A stretch of DNA of 64,000 nt, taken from the NCBI RefSeq assembly GCF_009914755.1, contig NC_060928.1, one strand, 5' to 3'. Made by a program: the position numbers and the translations under genes. This document shows positions 13,303 to 25,902 of this stretch, one piece after another; within the stretch, counting starts at the first letter, position 1, and each line of letters begins with the position of its first letter. The DNA is from the human T2T-CHM13v2.0 reference genome, Homo sapiens. The notes under the pieces were generated by a model, which did no database searches, was not told the DNA's origin, and saw nothing but the letters and a program-made list of their open reading frames with translations.

Positions 13303-13987
13303 GAGTATAAGAATCAGACTTAAAGATTGAGAAAGAAAAAAGAAGAAAGAAAAGTACATTAAATACTCAGCATGGTAAATATTTTATAGGATATAACAAT
13401 TAAAACTCTGATTCAAAATAGCTTTACTTATCAGAAGTAGGATATTTTATTAGTCTGTTTTTTAATGAAAGGGCAAATTAGAGATCTACTTTACTATGAT
13501 ATCTCATTTTGAACAACAATCATTATCTTTTGGGAATCTCAGATTTTGATTTTGAAAACCAAAGACTTGTCTGAGAAATAATCTGTTTCTTTCAACATAC
13601 GTTCTTGCATAGCTTCACTAAAAATGAGTGCCCTTCTTTTGGCAATTGGTGATCTATATGCCTGAAGGGTAAATTGGATATATTTTATGTACTAGATCGT
13701 AGTTCTTTTGATACCTACAGAATAAACTCTTTTCATTTAACTTCCTTTTTCCAACTGACACTTTTTGCTGATTTATTGCAAGCTAAAGGATAAATAAATG
13801 TATGTGTTTCATGTAAACTCAAAAGTATCTCTCTAGTTTTAAAGTGATAAAGAAACTATTTTCCACCATTTAATTCTCACATGTATAAGGAACTGGTTTT
13901 ATCCTCTGAATGCAAAAAGGATATATCTTTTGGAAACTTTTTAATGCCATTCTTTACCTGATACATTTTTTAAATTATGTATTTCAG

Positions 13988-14075
13988 GCCCTGCTTGATA
14001 CTCAGAATCTTTTGCGTGCACAAATCACAAATTTTACATTCAACCTGGGATTTTCAGGGAAATTTTACCATACAG
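13988..14075 (+). CDS. NDST3: NDST3 internal coding exon A (probably exon 3), 88 nt, phase 0 to 1: [29 protein letters not shown](G)
   Basis: Acceptor tatttcag| and donor CAG|gtaag. Peptide matches the NDST motif NFTFNLG(F/Y)[17 protein letters not shown] fits NDST3 rather than NDST1/2/4 as I recall them. Exon number is inferred. Confidence 0.95.
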
Positions 14076-15318
14076 GTAAGAAAAAGGGATTAACTGTTCT
14101 CATTAAGGCTTCTCTGATCACTCTATTTAAAATTGCACACTTTTCCTGCCCACACTGTCCTACATTCCCTATGTTCCTCCCCAGCATTTTATCATTCAAT
14201 TCTATTTAACATGCTATTTTTTAATTTTTGTAAAATATTAATGGTTTGAAAGTTTATGGAACTATCTGATGGCCTTTCATTTTTATTGAATTATAATTTA
14301 CATATATAGAAGTACATAAATAGTAAATGTGATATTCAGTGAATTTTCAACGTGTACACAGCTGTGTAAAGAACAGGCAGATCAAGAAAGAGAACACTTC
14401 CAAAATCTCCACTTCTTGTGCCCCTCACAATAACTAACTTCTCTCAAAGAAGAGTAGTATTCTGACTTCTAATATCATGAATTAGTTTTGCTTGGCTTTG
14501 AGTGGTATGTAAAAGGAATCATACAGTAAAGATTCATCTGTATCCAGCTCATTTTGTACAATGTTATTTTTGTTTCAGAAATATTACTGTCTATAGGTTA
14601 TAATTCTTTCCTTTTCCTTGCTGTACAGTATTCCATTGTCTGAACATACAAAATTTACTTGTCTATTCCATTAAGCTGTAGATGGTTGGGTGTTTCCAGA
14701 CTTTGAGTTTTTCTGAATAGAAATGTTCATAACTTCCTGTTACGAACATTTTTATACCTGTCCTTCAGAGGACTTGAGTATTCTTTTCTGTTAATCATCA
14801 ACTAGGAATGGAATTGCTAGTTATGTGGCACACTTATAATTAATTTTAGTAGAAAATGTCAGTTTTTCAAAATGGTTGTACCTGTTTATATTCCCAACAG
14901 TATGAGTGTTCCTGTTGCTCTGTATGCTTGCCAGTATTTGATATTGTTTGTCTTTTTAATTTTAGCTTTTCTGGTGAACATGTAGAGATATCATATTAGG
15001 GTTTTAATGTACATTTCTCTGAAGAGCAGTAAATGATCTTTGTTCGTATGTTGGCTGGCTATTTGGATATCCTCTCTTGAGGAGTATCTGGGTTTTCTGC
15101 TTTTACTTAATGATTTGTAGAAATTCTTTCCTTGAAGTTTACAGTTCCATGTGTTCCAAGTACTTTCTCCTGCTGTCTGGCTGTCTCTTAATTTTCCTTA
15201 TGGCGTTTTTAATGAACAAAAATACTTAATTTTAGGCCGTTCAATTTATCATTTTTTTCTTTAATGGTCATTCTTTTCTATCTTATTTAAGAAATCTTTG
15301 CATACTACAAGAACATGA

Positions 15319-15770
<452 letters not shown>

Positions 15771-15778
15771 ATCTAATT

Positions 15779-16095
<317 letters not shown>

Positions 16096-16854
16096 ATCTA
16101 ATTAGCACCCAGTATTGAAAAGACCATCCTTTCCCACTGCTTCATAGTGTCATTATTATCATAAATTATATGGCCATGTAACTGTGGACTCTCATTCTGA
16201 ATTTCCCTATTAAATGTGAAAAGAAATCACTCTAAATATTGAGAATAATTAAAAAGTTTTTTCACAATCATAATTAAAATGAGTAAAGATATTTTGACTT
16301 GCCTCAGGATAGATGAACACAATTTCATGATTGAAAGCATTACTCTGTATTTTTAGAAGTTAAAAAAACTGATTACATGTATTGGTATACTCATATAATG
16401 GAATACTCTGCAGTCATTAAAAAGAGATAATTTTAAATATAAACCATATAGAAAAAGCTCTCAAGATACACTGAAAAATCAGTGTACAGTACAGTGATTA
16501 GAACATGCTCCCATTTGTATAAAAATAAAGAAGATAAAAGCTATACAAAAGTCAAGGTATAGTACAGTGATTAGAATATGTTCCCATTTGTATAAAAATA
16601 AAAGAGGAGGTGAAATCTGTACAACTCTATGTATAGAACTCTTGTAGCTTAGAAAACTCAGTTACCAAGTAGTTAAGTAACTTGTGCCATGCAAGATGTC
16701 TTAAATAAGATAGAAAAGGCTGACCATTAAAGAAAAAAATGATAAACTGAATGACGCTAAAATTAAGTATTTTTTATATAAAGGGCTATTAATACAAGTA
16801 TAGGATATCTGTGGGAGAATTCATAATAAACTGATAGTAATGGGTAACTATGAA

Positions 16855-17219
16855 TGTATTAGTTTTCATGCTGCTAATAAACACATACCTGAGACTGGGT
16901 AATTTATAAAGAAAAGAGGTTTAAAGGACTCACAGTTCCACATGGCTGGGGAGGCCTCACAATCATGGCGGAAGATGAAGGAAGAGCAAAGGGGTGTCTT
17001 ACATGGCAGCAGGCAAGAGGGCTTCGTAACTTAATGCAGGGTAACTTCCATTTATAAAACCATAAAATCTCGTGAGACTTCTCATTCACTATCATGAGAA
17101 CAGTATGGGGGAACCTCCCCCATGATTCAATTATCTCCAACCAGCCCCAGCCTTGACACATGGGGATTATTACAACTCAGGGTGAGATTTGGGTGGGGAC
17201 ACAGAGCCAAACCATCTCA
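16855..17219 (-). mobile_element. THE1 (MaLR) solo LTR
   Basis: GAGACTGGGTAATTTATAAAGAAAAGAGGTTT...GAGATTTGGGTGGGGACACAGAGCCAAACCAT; 4/5 TSD ATGAA/GTGAA. Confidence 0.9.
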
Positions 17220-19294
17220 GTGAAGAAGAGAATTTGAGAATCAAACAAGAGAGATGAAAAGAAGAGTTACTTTTTACTAAATTTTTTCTGAGCCTTTGCA
17301 TTTTATAACATATATGTGTGTTAGATCTAAATGAATAAACACATAAGTAATTTTTTAAAGTGATATCATATTTAAGCAAGTTTATCAGTTTTCTACAATT
17401 GCAAATGCTTTTCAAATTTTTCATTTGATAATATGAGCAAGAGTTACTTTGTATGTATTTGATGAGTACCTTCAAGGGTTTAATAAACATATCATGCTGA
17501 GAATTCTATCTATATACTACTAACATCAATATAATCTCCATATGCACATAAACAACATAAATAGTAATTTTATTTTTAGATAGAAGCATACTGTATTTCT
17601 AGAGTAAGTCAATTTCCATTTGTTTCCATGGAAGTTAGAGAGCCATGAGACTTGACTATAGTATTTTCCTATTGTAAAATTGTGTAATGAATACAATATG
17701 TATAATCATACAACTACATATAACTTTCACCTACCAATTTGAAAATTGTGTAGGATTTAAGAATAACTTTAACATAAGAAGCGTGGAAGCTTTTATTCCT
17801 CTGAATTTCTTAGATCAATATATAAAATACACATTTTCTGTGATTATTTTAAATATTAACAACTGGGAACCTCATGATTATGTTTGACTTTGTTTTATGA
17901 TTCATTGAGTTGGTTCTTATTGTAACCTCAAAAATAAAAACATAATTAGATATCTATTTTAAATCTTTTGCTTACAGGAAAGTTCTTCTACCTTGGCAAT
18001 AGATATGTGAAGTGAGAACTTTCTCTTTATGTGCAGAGGTTTAGTTCATCTTTCTAGTGAAGTTAGACTCATAGCATAACTAACTTTCACAATGGAGAGC
18101 TCCAAGAGCTTAAGGAAACAGAAGACTGCCCACAACCTCTTCCTAAACTTCTGAGTTAGGATATCCTAACTTCAGGATGATTATCTTAGATTCTTTGACA
18201 TCCATTGAATAAAGGAAAATTATCATATGGATGAAAAACCACCATGGCAAAATTAGGGTGAAATATGTGGTGTGTTTAGGGGGAGAGGGAGAGAGTAGGA
18301 AGAGACATCACAGCAAAACCAGGACAGCCCAGATATGCTCAAGAAATACAAGAAAACACTCCTGGCAACTCCATTATTTTTTTGCCCATCGTTGAATACT
18401 GGGGAATGATGCTAGCCAATTCATGTCATTCCTTCTCATCTCTGCAAGGTTTGTCCTCTTTCTTTACTTGGGCACTTCCCACAGCTCATAATAAGAGTAT
18501 CCTCTCCCTAAGTGAGAGAAAGTACAACACAGATGGAAACAGAGGCCAAGGTTTGAAAGGGTCTTGTTAGCTGTGTATAATATGAGAGTTTCCACAAAAC
18601 TTAGCCAGGGTTGTCTAAGACCAGTTAAATCATTTTTTAGAGGGAAAAGATACAAAATTTAATATTTGATCTTTCAAAAATTAGATGGGATAAAAAGTAA
18701 TTGAATTATATTGTCTTCCTTTCTAAATGAAGAAATTGCTATTCCTTTTTCTATAAAAAAATTCTATCCATTTTACTCAGTCTTGAAGGGAAAAAGAAAA
18801 GTGGCATTGTCATAACAGTAATACTTTATGTCAGAAGAGAGCTTTATCTTGTTTGATTTATTTTAATTTTTGAAGGGTATGTGCATTTATGTGAGAAATA
18901 AAGGGGTAAAACATAAAAATCATAGTTCCCTTTTAGTGCTTTGTTAAACACTTTTCATGTACTTTTTCACTGAATCCTAGAAGTTAAAGAACGTGTTAAC
19001 TTGTTTTCTAGATAAGAACATAGAAACTTAAAGGGGCCCAAGGTCACATAGCTTGTGAAGTGTCAAAAAATAGTCTTAACTCATCCTTGACTAGGGAAGC
19101 TGAATGGCAAAAGATTCTCCTTATTTATAGATTTGTTAGCTTTTTATGTTTCCCCAAATCACTGAGATCCAGTAGTACCTGTACATTCTAATTATATTAT
19201 AGAATAAATTAACAATGAGAAGAGCAATGTTATATTGAATGAATAAATGCTGATCTTATTTCTAGACTCAACGTTTGGCCAGTGAATGATAGTT

Positions 19295-19545
19295 AAGGGC
19301 CCTGAATTTGGAGTTGCTCAATCTGAGTTAGAACTCAGAATTTCAATTCAGGCTCTGTCTCAAACCTCTCAGTGAGATGGAACAAGTTACTTCACCTCTC
19401 CAAATGTCAATTCCCTTATCTGTAAAATGAAGTTAGCAGCAGCACTCACCTCATGAGGTTGTTTTGAGAATTAAGTGAAATGATGTTTGTAAAGTACTCA
19501 ACACAGTGCTTGACATAACAACACAACATAAACTCTCAATCAATG
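19295..19545 (+). mobile_element. MIR
   Basis: CAAGTTACTTCACCTCTC...ATCTGTAAAATG...CACCTCATGAGGTTGTT. Confidence 0.7.
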
Positions 19546-19700
19546 ATGATTTTAAATATAATATCAGAATAGCAAATACTACAGATAAAATAGTGTAGAG
19601 AAGTTATTTAAATAAATATATTAAAAAATAAATTATAGTTTGCAATAACTTCATAAGATTTCAGCATAGTTTTGTGATAAGTTAAGAAATGGCACTTAAC

Positions 19701-20306
19701 ACTGTAGAAAAGAGTTTGGAAATTTCTCAAAGAACTTAAAACAGAACTAATATTCAACCCAGCAATGCCATTATTGGATATTATCATATATCCAAAGAAA
19801 GAAAATCATTATACCAAAAAGACACATGTACTCACATGTTCACTACAGCACTATTCACACTAGCAAAGACATGGAATGAACCTAGGTGTCCATCAATGGT
19901 GGATTGGATGAAAAAAATCTGATACATATACTCCATGGAATACTACACAGCCATTAAAAAAGGAATGAAATCATGTCCTTTGCAGCAACATGGATGCAGC
20001 TGGAGGCCATTATCCTAAGTAAATCAATGCAAGAGCAGAAAACCAAATACCACACGTTCTCATTTATAAGTGAGAACTAAACATCGAGTACTCATAGTCA
20101 TAGAGATGGCAACAGTAGACACTGGGGACTAATGGCAGAGAGGGCAGGAGAAGAGTAAAGGTTGAAAAACTACCTGTTGTGTACTATGCTCACTATCTGA
20201 GTGATAGGATCTTTCATATCCCAAACCTCAGCATCATGCAATATGCCCAGGTAACAAACCTGCATGTCCCCCCGAATCTAAAATAAAAGTTGAAAATAAA
20301 ATAAAA
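19701..20306 (+). mobile_element. L1PA16/L1PB-like 3' fragment
   Basis: ORF2 C-terminal relic (GGAATACTACACAGCCAT, GAAATCATGTCCTTTGCAGCAACATGGATG) and 3'UTR ending AATAAAAGTTGAAAA. Confidence 0.85.
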
Positions 20307-20505
20307 TACATACAATCTGCATCTTCCCAGAAAAAGGAAATGGCACTTAAAATTGAGGAATTTGACTTCTTGTTCTTCTCTCTTCCTCCAGTTCTGACAA
20401 AGGTGGGCAAAGTAGGGAAGCAAAGAGTGGGCAAGAGGCCACGACAGTCCAACCAAATGTAATTAACCCATAGTTAATTACACTTCAACTAATTTTTAAT
20501 CATGA

Positions 20506-20945
20506 TTTTTTTTTTTTTTTTTTTGAGATGGAGTCTCGCTCTGTCACCCAGGCTGGAGTGTAGCGACGCCATCTTAGCTCACTGCAAGCTCTGCCTCCCG
20601 GGTTAACGCCATTCTCCTGCCTCAGCCTCCTGAGTAGCTGGGACTACAGGTGCCCGCCACCATGCCTGGCAAAATTTTTTTTGTATTTTTAGTAGAGATG
20701 GGATTTCACCATCCCATCTGAACTGAGATAAATATGTCAGAAGGCAGATATCATTTGTCTAACTCTTGCATGATTCAAATATATGAATATTTTAGTCACA
20801 GATTTCACTATGATATTCAGGAAAGGACAACAAATGCCTGAGCTATCTTTTTAGCCAGGATGGTCTTGATCTCCTGACCTCTTGATCTGCCCGCCTCAGC
20901 CTCCCAAAGTGCTGGGATTACAGGCATGAGCCACCATGCCCGGCC
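20506..20945 (-). mobile_element. AluY-like element split by a ~138-bp non-Alu insertion
   Basis: Poly(T); CTGCAAGCTC...CGCCATTCTCC. Alu breaks at TTTCACCAT (20712) and resumes at TTAGCCAGGATGG (20851). TSD CAT(G/A)ATTTTT. Confidence 0.92.
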
Positions 20946-21211
20946 CATAATTTTTAAAGTAATAAGCAACAGACATTTGTTTTCAATGTAATTCTAATGT
21001 AAAACATTCTCAAAGTAGGATTAAAAGAAATCAGATAAGACAAATCTATAAAGAGAAGACATAAAATTGTGCCTAATATGAACTGAGATAAATATGTCAG
21101 AAGGCAGATATCATTTGTCTAACTCTTGCATGATTCAAATATATGAATATTTTAGTCACAGATTTCACCATGATATTCAGGAAAGGACAACAAATGCCTG
21201 AGCTATCTTTT
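20719..21211 (+). repeat. 133-bp direct duplication, 20719-20851 versus 21079-21211
   Basis: Compared by eye: identical except T20809 versus C21169; offset 360 bp. Confidence 0.97.
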
Positions 21212-23775
21212 CAAAGAACCCTGAGATCTGCTGCTCTGTTCTGATAAATAATATTTGAGCAGAGGCCAACTAAAAAAACATGAATAAAGGGAAGATGACA
21301 GGAAAGCTTCAAGGAAAGATAAGAATTATAGGCAACAGGGAATAGAGCTTAAAAGCAGTGGGAGAGGAGACTTCTCATAAACTAGGGAATATCAGCTCAC
21401 TGACATTGCAGGGTATGTGGAAATCAGGAATGAATTGATTTCTGGGAAACTCCAAGAGACTCTGCCTGCTCTCAATGTGAGAAAATAAAATGGCAACAAA
21501 TAACTGACACTAATACAGTGTCCTGGAGACTACAAAATGTTAAGCAACAGGGGAGTATCTTGGTTAGAAGCAGAGATGTTTAAATGCAGGGAAACTAAAT
21601 GACATCATTCTTATGTCAAGCAAAACATGTGTTTAAGATCACCAGTCACACCTACAAAATGCTTCTTTACAAAGGTCACCTTATTTATCACCTCGAATTT
21701 AGAAGGACCCAAGAACCTGCTATGGTTGGGATCATCAGAGTTTCTAAACCCCTGAATCCATCTTCCTATTTTTCTTGCCTTTCTCACTATGAAGCTTCCC
21801 TGAGCCATAAGATAACCACTCAGAAGCGCCAAGAATGCTGGTGACTCATTCATTAATCAGGCCAATGAGTTAATATAATGATTTGGTCAGTTCTTGAACA
21901 TAATGTCACCTCTGCCACATAGCACCTGTGAAAACTACCTTCTCCTTTCATGTAGTATTATAATGAGGAAAAAAAAACTCAAGGAGCCATGCAAGGAAAC
22001 ACAAGAAGAACAGAAGTAGGAAATACAGGAGGAAAAGAAAGGGGTATTATAAGTTACCCAATATTGCCAGAATTATGTATACACTACCTCCCCCCAAAAA
22101 TAAAATAGGTACTGCTGTCCATCTCTTTACCTACATGAATACAGACATTAAAGAGGTCATGTGACTTGGCCACACAACTCAAATATGTTGGAACCTAAAA
22201 ATAAACTAAAACCTTCTGACTCCAAAGGCTACACTTGTTCTACTATACAATGGTAACATAAGTGTATATGAAGAAGAAAAAAATAAAGAAAATAAAACAT
22301 TAGATTTAAATATGTAATCTTTGTACGTAGTGGAGAGGAAGTTCCTTCATATCAGTAGAGTACTTAAGCATGCGAAAGTGAAACTGAAGACTGCCCTTGT
22401 TGAATGATTATGCTATTCCACTCACTCTACAGCACTTAATCTTTGTTTCTTCTGTATACATTTGAATGACCATGAAATCTCATAGTATGCCTTTATCTCT
22501 AGTAAAGGTTTTCAATGCCCACCAAATCACAGGACCTGATTCTTTTCCTGCCAATAGGCTCTGCCTCCCTTCTTTGGGAAACTGAATGAACAATGTTAAC
22601 AGGAACTGGGTTTAGTTGACTGGTCCAGGGTAGCAGTCCATTCTCCATCTTTAGCCTGTAGGGCTCTAATAAAACAAATCACATCAGAGCTGCCATTGAA
22701 AATATGGGAGGAGATTTTTCTCCACACAAAAAGGACATCATAGGAAGAACCCACTACTCAGGGAGCTTATTGGATTCAATGTTGTGGCTAAAATTCAAGT
22801 GTGGCTGCATAATTTTGAAATGACTAGTATTATGATATTCCAGGACAGTAGTGAGCACCTTATACTGCTCTTATTTTATGCTATAGTAAAGAAGATATGC
22901 CTAGGGAAGTACAAAAAGGACTCTTAGCCCCTTCAAATAAGGTAAAAGAACAGTGAAATTTCCCACAGTCAACTGAACTGCAGGCCAAGGAAAATGGGAG
23001 GAAATAAAATGAGTTCAAGTATGAAACCACCAAGAAACAACAACAGGGCTGACCCTTAAGGAAAAAAGAGTTTCGTGATGCAAAATCTTCTTCCAACAAC
23101 TTGAGAGAAAGGACAAGCATATGGAACACAAGTGTACCACCAAGGAGCAGCTTGGATTGTTTTGATAGTGGTGACCATGATTTCACCACTTCACAACTTC
23201 TGTCCATCACCTTCATCCTTCAGTTTTCCCTAATTTTCTCAACAACGATTTCCACATTTCCTTCTTTTCTCTTTCTTATGTGTCAGTTTTCACCAAATAC
23301 TGAGTAACTTCTTCCCAGACCTAAGGAGGAACCCGAATAAAAGAATTATTTTGTTGTATACACAGCCCATGTCACAATGACCTACTACTACTGAGGCTGT
23401 GACACATATTCCTTGCTCATATTTCCTAAATTACATTTCCTACTTATCCCCCATTCTCTCCAGACTATAAACTGCACAAAAATGCTGAAAGTTAAGAGTT
23501 CTAATATCCTTGGGAATGGTTATATATTTCCATCTTGCAGTGATTTCATATCCATGTCTCATGTTTAATAACATTTAAGAGTTTTACATGGTCTCTGATT
23601 ATTTCCTGATTAACAGATTTTCCTTGATACATTTGGGTTTAAAGCCTTATATGTAAAACAGAATAAATGATGGCTTCTAAATACATATACGAGAAAAGAT
23701 TAAATAGATAAGTAGATTGATTGATCATAGATCAGTGTAACTGGAATTAATTGGATAATATTTCCCCCCCTAAAG

Positions 23776-23930
23776 GAACTGAAGAGGAAGATGAAGGAGA
23801 TGACTGTCTGTTGGGGTCTGTGGATGAGTTCTGGTGGTTTCCTCACATGTGGAGCCATATGCAGCCCCACCTCTTCCACAATGAGTCATCTTTGGTGGAG
23901 CAGATGATTCTCAACAAAAAATTTGCCTTA
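23776..23930 (+). CDS. NDST3: NDST3 coding exon B (probably exon 4), 155 nt, phase 1 to 0: (G)[51 protein letters not shown]
   Basis: Acceptor tttccccccctaaag| and donor TTA|gtaagt; joins exon A in frame (G+GA = Gly). Contains [14 protein letters not shown], the HxxxH metal-ligand motif of the NDST deacetylase domain. Confidence 0.96.
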
Positions 23931-25545
23931 GTAAGTAACTCACTTTGTTGCATTGAAGTAGTGTACACTGATTGGAGAAATGAAAAGATTCTTACATTGT
24001 GGCATAGTTGCGCTTTTCAGTGGCTTTTCCATATGATCATTTGGAATATTTTGGTATTGCCGCCTTTCAGTATGTGGCTCTTGAGTTTGTATTGAGTGCT
24101 CACCACTATGCTTAATGTTTTGAAGGATCTAATTTGAGAGGGACCTCACAAAATACAAGATTTATTATGACATTATGGTCAGAGCACCTAAGACATGGCT
24201 CCTGTCCAGAAGGAGTTTCCTGCTGCACTGAGAAGGCAGAAATATGCATGTTAAACAATTCCCCAACAAAATGAAATACTTTTTCAAGACCTAATGACAA
24301 ACCTTACAGCCACAAAACCCACAGTTCAAAGAAATAAGTATCACTGGGAGTAGCCCAAGATGGATTCTTCTGGAAATAAGATTTTAGATACGTCCTGAAA
24401 TAAGAATAAATCTTCGGGATCAGGATTAATTGAAATGAAATGAGGCTGAGGGAAAAGAGCAGGTAGGAGACCATAATGACTGTATGAGGTAATAAAGACT
24501 CAATCTAAACAGTTAAAAGCATTGCAAACATATATGCTGTATGGATGGAACATTTGTTTGGCTGAAGCAAGGTACACCATGTAATACTGAAGGGTTTATA
24601 TTCAGGACAGGGAAATTTATAGTAAAAGTTTAAATAAGCACATTATGAAGAAAAATGTGCTTGTGATCAGAGAGAGTACCGAGGTACACTTACATGGAAT
24701 GGTTTTCTACACCAACTGTTAGAACTAAGAAGTTTCAGTTGGTTCTCACAGTACCTTACTCAAATATATACAAGACAAGGTTAGAATGTATACACTATAT
24801 TTTTTTTCTTGAGGATATACAAGACCAAATACTTTATGGTGGCATCAGGGGCCCATATTTGTCTTTTAGCTTCAATCTACTCCCCCAAATAAACAAACAG
24901 CTTCAGGTGCACCTTTGCCACATATTGATATTTTGTCAAGAAAGCAAGAATAGTGCTCCTCCATGCTGATACTGTGAAAATGTTTTGATGGTATATGCAA
25001 ACTGCTGTGAGAAGGAGAGTCATCTTTTTTCCTAAAAAAATAAACAAATAATAAGCAGCATGTAAAATTGGTAAAACGGCCCCAGAATTTGTAATAGAAA
25101 GTGCTAAAACTCATATCTCAAAACAGCAGACATTAATTCTGTCATTTTCAGAAATCTAGACTGTTGATATTGACAATGTTAATCACTAATAAATTATGTG
25201 GGGAAAAAATTACTTTGTGGTTTACTTCTAAATCTGTTGAGAAAAAGAGAAAGGGATTTGTGAGAGACGAAAATACGTAAATACACTAAAGTAAAGCACC
25301 AGTAAAAGATAAGATACTGAGAAGTGAGGAGTGAAATTGTTGTTGTTGTTGTTGCTGTTTTGACAGCTTTCCAAAAATAATGTACCAAAGCAGCTTTGAT
25401 AAAAGACATGTCATTCACTGTTACATCTGCTGAAAACTAGAATAGTATCTAGAAATTACTTGAACGAATCAATGAATGCCAATATTATGTTTATGTTTAA
25501 AACATTTGCAGATATTTGGAAGTACATATCCTAAGAATATACTTA

Positions 25546-25902
<357 letters not shown>

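Noticed and set aside
17961-18015. Acceptor-like cttttgcttacag followed by (G)KFFYLGNRYVK* in phase with exon A
   Set aside because: Such acceptors are common in AT-rich introns, and the GKFF resemblance is too short to mean anything without transcript data.
20719-21211. Duplication as a CRISPR-like or minisatellite array, or as a nested SINE
   Set aside because: Only two copies, no spacers, no TSD or tail; a repair-templated copy explains it better.
22881-23216. 111-aa minus-strand ORF and other 60-145-aa ORFs in the track
   Set aside because: No recognisable domains, and many overlap L2, Alu or LTR sequence. Numbers and lengths look like chance.
23751-24095. 114-aa ORF (and similar ORFs over exons A, C, D) as standalone genes
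   Set aside because: NDST similarity stops exactly at the GT/AG sites; the extensions are intron read-through.
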